Of a DNA stretch of 64,000 nt, positions 1 through 9,958 are shown piece after piece. Both the position numbers and the translations under genes were made by a program. The notes under the pieces were generated by a model, which worked only from the letters and a program-made list of their open reading frames with translations, was not told the origin of the DNA and did not search any database. The stretch comes from an uncultured delta proteobacterium (GTDB lineage Bacteria > Desulfobacterota > Binatia > Binatales > Binataceae), in NCBI GenBank assembly GCA_963724765.1, contig CAVRVY010000004.1:544001-608000 (forward strand). The letters run 5' to 3'. Position 1 is the stretch's first letter, and every line of letters begins with the position of its first letter.

Positions 1-87
1 CTGCCGATCTATCCTGCGATGAGCGACGAGGACGTTGCCTACGTGATCGAGAACGTGCTGGCCCTCGCGCGCGAAAACCGCCGCTGA
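1..87 (+). CDS. 3' end of DegT/DnrJ/EryC1/StrS-family PLP aminotransferase (partial)
   Basis: Frame 1 reads LPIYPAMSDEDVAYVIENVLALARENRR*, a typical C-terminal LPxYPxM motif. Confidence 0.65.
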   Translation: MPIYPAMSDEDVAYVIENVLALARENRR

Positions 88-119
88 GCCTGCGCACGTA
101 AGACCAGTGCTACTTAGAC

Positions 120-3100
120 TTAGCCGCCGAGTTCGCCGAGTAACGCCTTCGCCTCCCTCAGATCGGCAGTGTCGAAACCCTCGGTGAACCACTCGTAGGT
201 TGCGGCCAGCATCGCTCGCGCCTCATCGCGCCGGCCCTGCTTTTGGATCAAGCGGGCGAGGCTCGTGGTAGCGCACAATTCCAGCGACTTGGCCCCCTGG
301 CGACGCGCGATCTCGACCGCGCCGCATAAAGAACGCTCGGCCTCTTTTAAGCTGGGCTCCGCCTGAGCGAGCAGCACCTCTCCTCTCACGCGATGAACTG
401 TGGACTCGTAGGCGCGGTACTCCGACTGATAGAGGCCGGCGACCGCCCGCTCCGCACTTTTGAGTGCCCTAACGGCCTGACCCGCACCAGCGTACGCCAG
501 CGCCATAAACATGTCAGCGCCGGGAGCGTTGCGAAGGGCCTCGATCGCCTCCTCGAACCGTCTTTCCAGGAGCAAAGCACGCCCTTGAAGCTCGTTCGCA
601 TGTTCGTGGAAATGGGGATGGAGACCATAACGGTTAACGATTGCCAACAACTGGTCGACGCGCCGCCTCACGGCCTCAGACTCTCTGCAGTTGGCATGCA
701 TACGAGCAGTAAAGATCAGGGCGTGGGCATGGATCAGCGGCTCGGCTTCTCGCGCCAGAGTCAGCGCCTCTTCACTTCTGCGCCGGGCCTGATCCGGAAA
801 ACCGAGGAACCAGAGGATCTCAGGCGCCCGGTAGGCTGAGTAACCCCACAGTCCTCGGAGTTGCAGCGGCGTGTAGCCGCCGCAGTCGTTGGTCCCAGCA
901 GGCGCAGACAAAAGGGAGCCTGCTTTTTCGAGATTTTCACGGCCTCCGCAAACTCGCCCAACTCGATCAGAACATCGCCGAGACCGGCGTAAGCGCTCGC
1001 CTGCTGAATGGGATCCCCCGTTCGCCCTGCGATCGCCAGATGCTCCTCGGCCACCGCGCGCGCCCCGAGCAGCTCGAACCGGTTGAGGTGATATTGCTTG
1101 AGTGCAGACAGCGCGCGCATCAACTCACGACGGTTGCCGGTCTGGCGCGACAGCTCGCCAAGTCGAGTGAACGCTGCGGCCACTTCTTCGTCTTGCCATC
1201 CCCTGATTGGTGCGAGCGTCCAGCCGAGACGATGCAGCCAGAAGATCTCCTGCTCGGTCCGTTCGGCTCCCTCCTTCAGCGTCTGGAGCAGTTCCAGCGC
1301 GCTCTTTTCATAACCGAGCACCTGCTCATACGCCCCCACCGCATATCCCTGCTCCGTGGCCAGCCGCAGGTAGTGCAGCGCGTTGCCGGCATCGCCGGCG
1401 CCAGTGTTGTGGCGAATCAACTCACTGTAATGATCGCTCAGCCGGTCGCAGTAGAGCGCTTCGAGCGCTTCGGCAACTTTACAGTGCATGCGCCTGCGGC
1501 GCTCGATAAGTATCGTGTTGTAGGCCACATCCTGGGTCAGCGCGTGCTTGAAGCTATACTCAGCCGCGGCCGCCGTGGCCCGCTCGTAGATAAACTCGCA
1601 GCCCTGCAGGCTGCGCAACATCGCCGCCAACTCTTCATGTGGCCTCCCAGTCATCTGCCTGATAAGGCTGAACGCGAAATCCTTTCCGATCACTGCCAGG
1701 GTTTGCAGTAGTTCCTTGTCGGCTGCTCCGAGCGCGTCGATGCGCGCGGCGAGCATGCCTTGTACGGTGGGCGGAATCCTAACGTGCGCCAGTGGCTTGA
1801 CGAGCTTGACTGCGCCATCGCGCTCGATCACGCCCTGCTCGAAGAGCGCCTGCACGATTTCCTCGGTGAAGAAGGGATTGCCCTCGGTCTCCGCGACTAC
1901 CAGCCGCTTGAGTGACTGTAGGCTCGGATCTTCACCCAACAGCGCGTCGAGCATTTCGCGGGCGCTCTCTGCGCCAAGCGGGCCGAGGCGCAGTTGTGTG
2001 TAGTAACTGCGGTTACCCCAAGGGTGGCTATACTCAGGTCGGTAGTTGACCAGCAACAAGACGCGAGCAATCACGATACCGTCCACCAGCGTCTCCAGGA
2101 ATCTCTGGGTCTCCTCGTCGATCCAGTGCAGGTCCTCGAAGATCACCACCAGCGGCTGGTTGAGGCTGTCGCGCAGCACGAGGCGCTTGAGCGCTTCGTG
2201 CGTGCGCCGCCGCCGCACCTGTGCGTCCATCGTTGCCAACTCGACGCCCGCCCTGGCGTCGCCTAACAGGCTCAGCAGGTAGGGAAGCGTATCCGCGAGC
2301 GCCGGCTCGAGTGAGCTCATCCCGGTTTCGACCTTCTCGCGCCGGCGTTCCTTATTGTCTTCGGTGGCCAGCGCGAAGCAACCCTTTAACAGCTCGATGA
2401 CCGGCAGCCAGGGCGAAGTTTTGCTGTGGGAAACCGCGTGTGCCTCCAGCACCTTGCAGTGTCCTGGCAACCCTGCCTTGAACTCATGGATGAGACGCGA
2501 CTTGCCCGCGCCCGGCTCGCCCACCGCTGCGACCACCTGACCGTGACCTGCGATCGCGAGTTGGAGCGCCCGCTGCATCTGCGCAAGCTCGCTCTCGCGC
2601 CCGACGAACTTTGTCAGCCCGCGCCGCGCCGAGCGATGGAAGCGCGATAGCAACGGCCCGGCGCACACTACCTCATATACCTCGACCTCCTCGCCGACGC
2701 CCTTGACTTGCGCCTTACCGAGCGATCTGAAGTCGAAATAGCCTTCGCACAGCCGGCGAGTAGCCTCGCTGACTGCGATTGAGCCCACTGGCGCTAGCGT
2801 CTGCATCCGCGCCGCCAGATTCGCCGTGTGTCCGATCGGGGTGTACTCGACATGTTCACCGGCTTGTATCGAGCGAACCACCACCTCTCCGGTGTTCACT
2901 CCAACCCGCGCCTCGACCAAAGTTTTGCCCTCGCCGCGCAGACCTTCGGCATGGCGATGTAGCTCCTCCTGCATCGCCAGCGCCGCGCGAAGTGCACGCT
3001 GGGGATGGTCCTCGTGCGCGACGGGTGCGCCAAACAGCGCAAACACTCCGTCACCGGTGGACTGCACGATATGACCGTCGAAGCGGCGGACCGACTCGAT

Positions 3101-3424
3101 CATCAGGTTTAGCGCGGGATCGACGATCGCGCGCGCCTCCTCCGAATCGAGGTCGCGCTCCAGTTCGGTAGAGCCCTTGATGTCGGCAAACAGCGCGGTA
3201 ACCATCTTGCGCTCGCCCTCGGGCAGCGCGGCGGGCACGGGCGAAGATGCGGCGGTATCGCCGGCACTCAGCGTCGCGCCGCATTCTCCGCAGAATTTGA
3301 ACTGAGCCGGATTCTCAGTGCCGCATTTCGTGCAGCGGTTCATGACACGAGCGCCACAGCGCCCGCAGAACTTCATCTCCGGCGGAGTTTCGTACTCGCA
3401 GCTTGGACAGCGCATTTGTGGCAC
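120..3424 (-). CDS. Class III adenylate/guanylate cyclase with double zinc ribbon, AAA/STAND ATPase and TPR region; split by one frameshift near 940
   Basis: CxxC ribbons, [17 protein letters not shown] and GEPGAGKS in ORF 761..3424; the TPR tail (GAKSLEL...[11 protein letters not shown]) is in ORF 120..911 in another frame. Confidence 0.85.
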
Positions 3425-3571
3425 GCCTGTTTGGCCCAGAGCACTTCGCTACCTAATATCAATCACGCTCAGCTACGGATACCTTGCTCTCCGCCGCTGC
3501 CGCGGGCCAGCTTCCGCGCGCGTGGGCGATCCTTTAGAATTCGCGTAGAATCTGCGTACGGAGGGCGAGAC

Positions 3572-4513
3572 GTGCGAGCATTGGTGACCGGCGGCGCGGG
3601 GTTTCTCGGATCGCACCTGTGCGAGCGGCTGCTGCGCGACGGGCACGACGTCATCTGCCTGGACAACTTTTTCAGCGGCAAGCGCGCCAACATCCAGCAT
3701 CTCCAGGGCCATCCGGGCTTCGAGTTCATCCGCCACGACATCGTCGAGCCCATCCTGCTCGAGGTCGACCGCATCTTTCATCTCGCCTGCCCCGCCTCGC
3801 CGGTGCACTACCAGTACAACCCGGTCAAAACCATCAAGACCAGCGTGATGGGCACGATCAACATGCTGGGGCTGGCCAAGCGCGTGCGCGCGCGGATGCT
3901 GTTGACCTCGACCAGCGAAGTCTACGGCGATCCTGAGCAGCATCCGCAGACCGAAAGTTATTGGGGCCACGTCAATCCGATCGGCGTGCGCTCCTGCTAC
4001 GACGAGGGCAAGCGGGTGGCCGAGTGCCTGATGATGGACTATCACCGCCAGAACAACGTCGACATCCGTATCGTGCGCATCTTCAACACTTACGGGCCGC
4101 GCATGGCGATCAACGACGGCCGGGTGGTGTCGAACTTCTGCGTGGCGGCGCTGCGCGGCGAGGAACTACCGATCTATGGCGACGGCAAGCAGACCCGGTC
4201 ATTCGCCTACGTCGACGACATTATCGAGGCGCTAGCGAGGATGATGAACGCGGAGGGGCTCACCGGGCCGGTCAATATCGGCAATCCCGACGAATTCACT
4301 ATCCTTGAGCTCGCCTCGCTCGCGATCGAACTGTCGCGCAGCGGTTCGAAACTCGCGTACCATCCCGCGCGGCCCGACGACCCGGTGCGCCGCCGCCCGG
4401 ATATCAGTCTTGCCAAGGCGAGCCTGGAATGGATGCCGAAGATTTCGCTGCGCCAGGGCCTCGCGATGACGGTTGAGCACTTTCGCAAGGAACTCGGCCT
4501 CGTATCCACCTAA
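3572..4513 (+). CDS. UDP-glucuronate decarboxylase-family NAD-dependent epimerase/dehydratase
   Basis: [17 protein letters not shown] and YDEGKR motifs; GTG start after GGAGGG SD. Confidence 0.9.
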   Translation: MRALVTGGAGFLGSHLCERLLRDGHDVICLDNFFSGKRANIQHLQGHPGFEFIRHDIVEPILLEVDRIFHLACPASPVHYQYNPVKTIKTSVMGTINMLGLAKRVRARMLLTSTSEVYGDPEQHPQTESYWGHVNPIGVRSCYDEGKRVAECLMMDYHRQNNVDIRIVRIFNTYGPRMAINDGRVVSNFCVAALRGEELPIYGDGKQTRSFAYVDDIIEALARMMNAEGLTGPVNIGNPDEFTILELASLAIELSRSGSKLAYHPARPDDPVRRRPDISLAKASLEWMPKISLRQGLAMTVEHFRKELGLVST

Positions 4514-4555
4514 GGAGCCGGTCTCGATTTTTCTGCAGAGACGGAGGAGCTGAAC

Positions 4556-5344
4556 TTGGCAACCGCGCTAATCACCGGAGCCTCGAGCGGGCTCGGCGAG
4601 CAGTTCGCCTACGCGCTCGGGAGGGAGCATTACGACCTCGTATTGGCGGCGCGGCGCGAGGATCGCCTGGCCGCCGTCGCCGGCCGCGCTCGCACCGCGG
4701 GAGCCGGCGCGGTGCGCACCATTCGCGCCGATCTCGTGCAGCACGAGACGCCCGCCGCGCTGTATCAGCAACTCACTACCGATGGCGTCCAGGTTGACTA
4801 TCTGGTCAACAATGCCGGCTTCGGCACCAGCGGAAGGTTCCATCATCTGCCGCTGGAGCGCGAGCTCGAAGAGATCGAACTCAACGTGACCTCGCTGGTG
4901 GCGCTGACGCGGCTCTTTGTGCCCGCGATGATCGAGCGGCGGCGCGGGACTGTAATCAACGTCGCCTCGACCGCGGCCTTCCAGGCCACGCCCTACATGG
5001 CGACTTACGGCGCAACCAAGGCCTTCGTGCTGAGCTTCAGCGAGGCGGTGGCGGCAGAACTGAGAGGGACGGGCGTGACCGTGATGGCCCTGTGTCCAGG
5101 ACCGGTGCGCACCGAGTTTCAGAAGATCGCAAACAACGAGCGGATGCGCTTTCCGTCCTTCATATGGACCGAGGCGGACCGGGTGGTCAACGAAGCGATC
5201 GCCGCTGCCGCCAGCGGCCGTTCGCTGTGCGTGGCAGGAGCGATCAACAACGCGATGGCGATCGCGACCAGGTTTACTCCGCGCGCTCTCGCGGCCTATA
5301 TCAGCAGTACGTTGCTGAGGCCGTCCTCAGTGGAAGATAAATAG
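4556..5344 (+). CDS. SDR family oxidoreductase
   Basis: TGASSGLG, NNAG and YGATK motifs; TTG start after GGAGGAG. Confidence 0.9.
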   Translation: MATALITGASSGLGEQFAYALGREHYDLVLAARREDRLAAVAGRARTAGAGAVRTIRADLVQHETPAALYQQLTTDGVQVDYLVNNAGFGTSGRFHHLPLERELEEIELNVTSLVALTRLFVPAMIERRRGTVINVASTAAFQATPYMATYGATKAFVLSFSEAVAAELRGTGVTVMALCPGPVRTEFQKIANNERMRFPSFIWTEADRVVNEAIAAAASGRSLCVAGAINNAMAIATRFTPRALAAYISSTLLRPSSVEDK

Positions 5345-5386
5345 AGGAGGCTACGCGCCTGCGTACAGGCGCGTAGCATTGCTCCA

Positions 5387-5439
5387 GACTGCCCGACTTG
5401 CCTGAGTTGCCGGACTTGCCGGACTTGCCTGGATTTCCG
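5387..5439 (+). repeat. ~6 imperfect 9-bp tandem repeats (GACTTGCCN)
   Basis: gactgccc gacttgcct gagttgccg gacttgccg gacttgcct ggatttccg. Confidence 0.75.
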
Positions 5440-5458
5440 TAGCCAAGGAGAAAAAGAG

Positions 5459-5758
5459 ATGTCGGTTACATTGATCGCAAGAATCAAAGCCAAGCAGGGA
5501 TCCGAGAAAGAACTCGAGGATGCCTTCCGCGACATGATCAAGAAAGTGCGTGCGGCCGAGCCTGGTTGCCTCACCTATGTCCTGCATAAATCCAATCAGG
5601 ACCCGACCATGTTTGTATGGTACGAGACCTACACCGATCAGGCGGCCTTCGATGCGCATCGCAAGACCGACCACATGAAGGAGATGGGCGGGCGGATCGC
5701 CAATCTACTGGCCGAGAAGCCGCAACTTGAAGTGCTAACGGAACTGGACCGCAAGTAG
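5459..5758 (+). CDS. Antibiotic biosynthesis monooxygenase (ABM/putative quinol monooxygenase) family
   Basis: EPGCLTYVLH, YETYTDQAAFDAH motifs; AAGGAG SD. Confidence 0.85.
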   Translation: MSVTLIARIKAKQGSEKELEDAFRDMIKKVRAAEPGCLTYVLHKSNQDPTMFVWYETYTDQAAFDAHRKTDHMKEMGGRIANLLAEKPQLEVLTELDRK

Positions 5759-5969
5759 GCGCGGCCGCGCCGCGCCTACTTGCGGTCCGCGCGACGCGGC
5801 GGTTGCTGGCCGTCTGCGCGTGGCGTGTTGCGCCCGCAACACGCCACGCGCAGACCGGATGCCCCGGCCGCTGCGGATTGCGGCTCCGCCGCAAATCCGC
5901 AGCGGCCGCTAGCCGCACTTCGAGCGCGAGGGTGTGGCGCGGCGATGCCGCCGCGCCACACCCTCGCGC
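5746..5969. repeat. Array of four GC-rich palindromes with 20-21 bp stems
   Basis: Hairpins at 5746-5788, 5812-5855, 5865-5908 (one bulge) and 5924-5969, checked by reverse complement. Confidence 0.9.
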
Positions 5970-6000
5970 ATCAGCCAGCGCCACGACGGAGCTGTTGACG

Positions 6001-7005
6001 ATGCCGCGAACCATCCTGATGGGCGACCCCACCTACTTCTCGGTGCTCGGGGGGGCCAATCCGCACACGCGCAATGTGCTCGGCATCCGGAAATCCGTCA
6101 ACGCCGACCGCGCACGCACGCAATGGCACGGACTTGCCCGCGCACTTATCGCGCACGGCGCCAAGGTTTGTGTGATCGAGCCGCATCAGGGAATGAGCGG
6201 CCTCGTCTATCCCGCCAACGCCGGCTTTTTGTACCCGCTCGCCGACAGGCCCGGCAACGCCAAGGTCTTTTATCTCGCCCACTTGGTCCCGACGCGCGCT
6301 CGCGAGCGCGAGGTCTACCGGCCGTTGCTCGAGGCGATGGGCTATCGATGCGTCGAAATTGCCGCGCGCTTCGAGGGCGAGGCCGACTTCTTTCCTGCCG
6401 CGGATTTCATGCTTTTCACTCACGGACGCGTCGAGCGCCAGCGCTTCGTGCCGCGGCTGGGAATTCCGCCGTGGCGACGCGTGTATGGCTTCCGTTCGGA
6501 TTCAGGCGCAGCGGAGGAACTAGGCCGCATCGTGAATGACCGTCCGATATTAACGCTGGAGCTATGCCTGGAGGCGCACTATCACGGTGACACCGTACTC
6601 TGCTCGTTCGGCCCCCGGCGCGAGTTTCTGCTTGCTTATATGGAGGGACTGACCGCGCCGTCGCGAGAGCGTTTGCGCCTCGAGTTTCGCGGCAACCTGA
6701 TCGAGTTGGTGGAATCCGACGCCGCGCTATACGCCGCGAACTCGTTCCAGGTGGATTTCGAGGGCAAGCTTTACCTGTTCATGCCGCAAGGCGTGAGCGG
6801 CGCGCTGCTCGCCCAGGTGCGCGAGCGCGGGATTGAGCCGGCGCTGGTCGATGTGAGCGAATTCCTGGCCAAGGGGGGCGGGTCGGTGAAGTGCATGATC
6901 CTCGATCTGGGACCGAGCAACGAACAGCCCGACGAGCCGGGCGCGGTCGAGTCGCGCGCCGAGAGATCGTACGAGCTTCTATTTCCCAATCCATCGCCGC
7001 AGTAA
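6001..7005 (+). CDS. Amidinotransferase/pentein-family hydrolase (arginine deiminase/dihydrolase-related)
   Basis: FEGEAD, YHGDT and C-terminal GGGSVKC catalytic Cys motifs; ATG after GGAG. Confidence 0.75.
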   Translation: MPRTILMGDPTYFSVLGGANPHTRNVLGIRKSVNADRARTQWHGLARALIAHGAKVCVIEPHQGMSGLVYPANAGFLYPLADRPGNAKVFYLAHLVPTRAREREVYRPLLEAMGYRCVEIAARFEGEADFFPAADFMLFTHGRVERQRFVPRLGIPPWRRVYGFRSDSGAAEELGRIVNDRPILTLELCLEAHYHGDTVLCSFGPRREFLLAYMEGLTAPSRERLRLEFRGNLIELVESDAALYAANSFQVDFEGKLYLFMPQGVSGALLAQVRERGIEPALVDVSEFLAKGGGSVKCMILDLGPSNEQPDEPGAVESRAERSYELLFPNPSPQ

Positions 7006-7058
7006 GGCAGCGCGGAAGCGACGACGGCGCAGCCGCGGGGCGTGAATGGGCAGAATAA

Positions 7059-7570
7059 TCAACGCTCGATTACGCCCTCGCGCGAGATATCGAGCCGCAG
7101 CGGATCCATCCGCGCAAGCTCGCCAGGATGGGCCCGTAAATAGTCGGCGCTGAAGGTGCCCGCGAGATCATCGATCATCTCCGCGGCTGCGACCCGCGCG
7201 AACCCGAAGCGGAGCATATATTCCTCGCCGCGACGGCCGAGCGCATAAAGCCGCCGCGCACCCCGCGTATGCGCCGCCTTGCGCGCGGCGTTGACCAGCG
7301 CAGCGCCGATCCCGCGCCGGCGCTTCGCCTCGGCCACCGCGAGCGAGCGTATCACGGCCGCATCCACGACCGTCTCGACCCCCACGATACCGACGATACC
7401 GGCGATCGCGTCGCCCATCGATGCGGCAATCCAGCATGCGCCGGGCGCGTCGAGGCCGCCCGCGATGATGCCGGCGGATTCGCCGGCCGCAGAGAGCATC
7501 GCTTGCGCGGAGGCAAGGTCGGCGGTCTGCGCGACGTAGAGTTCGCCGGGCGCGCGACGGCGTCGCGCGG
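7059..7570 (-). CDS. GNAT N-acetyltransferase (start uncertain)
   Basis: IRSLAVAEAKRRRGIGAALV motif A and RFGF motif; no clean start codon upstream of the predicted first strand. Confidence 0.75.
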
Positions 7571-7804
7571 CTACTTTTTGGCTGGCGGAAATAGCTGCGT
7601 CCCGGTCTCTTCGTCGACCACGGCTATCGCCTTGACGGGACATGCGCGCGCCGCCGCCATGATAGCCGCGTCAGGCGCTCCGGTCGGATTGTGGACCTCC
7701 GACTTACCCGCGTCGTCGAGCCGGAAGACTCCCGGCGCCGATTCGACACAGTCTTCGCTGGAGATACATTTCACCTGGTTAACGGCAATCTTGAGCTTCG
7801 CCAT
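7571..7804 (-). CDS. Single-cluster ferredoxin (3Fe-4S/4Fe-4S type)
   Basis: CISSEDCVESAP...ACPVKAI; AGGAG SD. Confidence 0.85.
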   Translation of the reverse strand: MAKLKIAVNQVKCISSEDCVESAPGVFRLDDAGKSEVHNPTGAPDAAIMAAARACPVKAIAVVDEETGTQLFPPAKK

Positions 7805-8047
7805 CTGGTTCTCCTGCCGGCCAATCCTGTCGGCCTGTCTGCCGGCCGATACTGCATGAACAATAGAATCGCGCGCGGGTTAATCGCAAGTTTCACCAAT
7901 ATTCCCGACGCGGCTCCGATGTCGCCGCTTAAGCCACTGTGCAGTACGAGTCCGTGGCCTCGCGTGCGAACCTGCGGCGGATGCTGCGTTCGCTGCTCTT
8001 CGCCGGTTCTTTCTTCGCCCGTTCGCGCCGTCTAAGATTGCGGCGGG

Positions 8048-8437
8048 ATGGGAATTGTCGGCACCGGGATCGACATGATCGAAGTCGAACGCGTCGAGCG
8101 TGCGCTCACCCGCCCGCGCACCGGCGAGCGCTTCCGCGACCGCGTGTATACCGAACGCGAGGTCGCTTACTGCGAATCGCGCGGACGGCCGCGCTACCAG
8201 AGCTACGCCGCGCGCTTCGCCGCCAAGGAGGCGGCGATGAAGGCGATGGGCACCGGATGGAACCGCAACGTGGGCTGGCGCGAGATCGAAGTGGTGCGCG
8301 AACGCGGCCAGGCGCCAACGATTGTGCTCTCGGGCAAGGCGGCCGACTATGCGCGCCGCAAGCGCATCACAGCCTTCCACCTGAGCCTCACGCACACGGC
8401 GGCGGACGCGATGGCGTACGTGATCGCCGAGGGCTGA
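8048..8437 (+). CDS. acpS: Holo-[acyl-carrier-protein] synthase
   Basis: GIDMIE, RFAAKEAAMKA and HLSLTH motifs. Confidence 0.95.
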   Translation: MGIVGTGIDMIEVERVERALTRPRTGERFRDRVYTEREVAYCESRGRPRYQSYAARFAAKEAAMKAMGTGWNRNVGWREIEVVRERGQAPTIVLSGKAADYARRKRITAFHLSLTHTAADAMAYVIAEG

Positions 8438-8464
8438 ACCGCGCCGGCGCGCGGGCGATGCGCG

Positions 8465-9925
8465 TTATTTTTTCGGGGGCGCCGGCGTCGCGAGCGGCTG
8501 GGTCATCTGGAACTGATCCGCGCTCATGTCGAACTGGCTGAAGTCGGACTCGCGCAGGCTGTAGGCCGCGGTACCGGCGCTCGAGGTCGCGTAGTTTTCA
8601 ACCCGCATCACGGTCCGCTCAGTCTTGGGCTTTGCCTGTGCCGAATCGTCATCCGGCGTAGGCGTCGGCGGCACCTGGACCTTGTTCTGGATCTGGGCGA
8701 GCTTGACCGTGCCAATTTGCTTGTCGTCCTTGCCGAAGACCACGATCTGCTCGGTGGGCTTGTCGAGCGCGAACCTCTGCGGATCGGTAATCGGATCCTG
8801 GACGATCTTCTCGCCCTTGAGATTCGCCAGTTCGTCGAGGAAGGTCTGCACCGCCTGCCCGTTGGCGGGCGAAGTTTTGGCCCCGTCCGTCACCTGCCAC
8901 TTGCCGGTCGCGCCGCGCGAGAGCGTGAATTGCTTGCCGTGGTTTTCGATCTCCAGCCGCCCGATCTTCAGCGGGTCGAAGCCCATCACGGTCTTGTCGC
9001 GCAAATCGAGCAGCCCCAGGTTGACCTTGCCGACCAGCGCATCTTCGACGGTGTAAACCGAAGGCTCGCCGCCGCGTTTGACGTAGACCGCCTTCTTCGA
9101 GGCCTGCGGCTGCTCCAGCCCGATGAGCAGCGCGTGCTCGGTCTTGTCTTTGCTGCTATACACGGTCACTTCGATCTGCGGATTCTTGAGCCCGTACTGG
9201 CCGAGGTCCGTGGGCGCGTCGGTCACAAAGTCGTTGATACGCGCGTCGACCAGCGTCGTCAGGATCTGCGCGATCGTGTCGGAGTCGGCGGTATAGTGCC
9301 CCGGCGCGACGATCCGCCACTGCCCGCCCTGCTTGTCGATTTCGATCGGCTTGTTGGCTCCGCTGCGCAGCACGATCTGCTCGGCGTCGTCCATGTTGAA
9401 GGTCATCAGTTCGTGCGAGCGCAGGTCGTTGACCTTCTTGCTGGTCGCGCTCAGGAAGTCGCTGGTGGTCATCAGCACCGCCGGCCTGTCGGCGAGCTTG
9501 ACGTAGACGCCGCTGCTAACCGGGCTGACACGACCGACCAGCAACGCCGGGAGGACGCCCTTGTCGTCGGTAGTTACGGTCAGTATCACCGCGGGTTTAT
9601 CGAGGCCGAAGGGCCTCAGGCTATCGGGCTTCTCCTCGATGGTCCTGGTGAGCTGGGCATTGGCGATGGTTTCGGTCAGGCCGTCGACGGAACTCTGGTC
9701 GCCATCGGTCTTGATCGGCTTGAGGATCTGCCAGGTGTGATTGGGATTGCGCACCAGCTCGAGTTCGCTGTCGGGGTAGCGCAGGTCGATGCCGCTGATG
9801 TGCTTGGAGTCGAGCTTGAGCAGGGTCGGCGGCGGCACCGGGCGCGAGCCGAGCAGGATGATGAGCGAATAGCCGCCCAACAGCGCCAGCAGGATCAGAA
9901 CGATGATCGTATTACGCAGACGCAT
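8465..9925 (-). CDS. DUF4340-domain membrane-anchored protein
   Basis: N-terminal TM; three repeats ending in FGLDKP/YGLKNP/FALDKP; follows the GldG-like gene. Confidence 0.8.
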   Translation of the reverse strand: MRLRNTIIVLILLALLGGYSLIILLGSRPVPPPTLLKLDSKHISGIDLRYPDSELELVRNPNHTWQILKPIKTDGDQSSVDGLTETIANAQLTRTIEEKPDSLRPFGLDKPAVILTVTTDDKGVLPALLVGRVSPVSSGVYVKLADRPAVLMTTSDFLSATSKKVNDLRSHELMTFNMDDAEQIVLRSGANKPIEIDKQGGQWRIVAPGHYTADSDTIAQILTTLVDARINDFVTDAPTDLGQYGLKNPQIEVTVYSSKDKTEHALLIGLEQPQASKKAVYVKRGGEPSVYTVEDALVGKVNLGLLDLRDKTVMGFDPLKIGRLEIENHGKQFTLSRGATGKWQVTDGAKTSPANGQAVQTFLDELANLKGEKIVQDPITDPQRFALDKPTEQIVVFGKDDKQIGTVKLAQIQNKVQVPPTPTPDDDSAQAKPKTERTVMRVENYATSSAGTAAYSLRESDFSQFDMSADQFQMTQPLATPAPPKK

Positions 9926-9958
9926 CGGAGAACGCGGACCAAAGCTCCAGTCGCGGCG

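Noticed and set aside
5746-5969. Possible CRISPR array
   Set aside because: Units are not direct repeats of one sequence, and no cas genes are in the window
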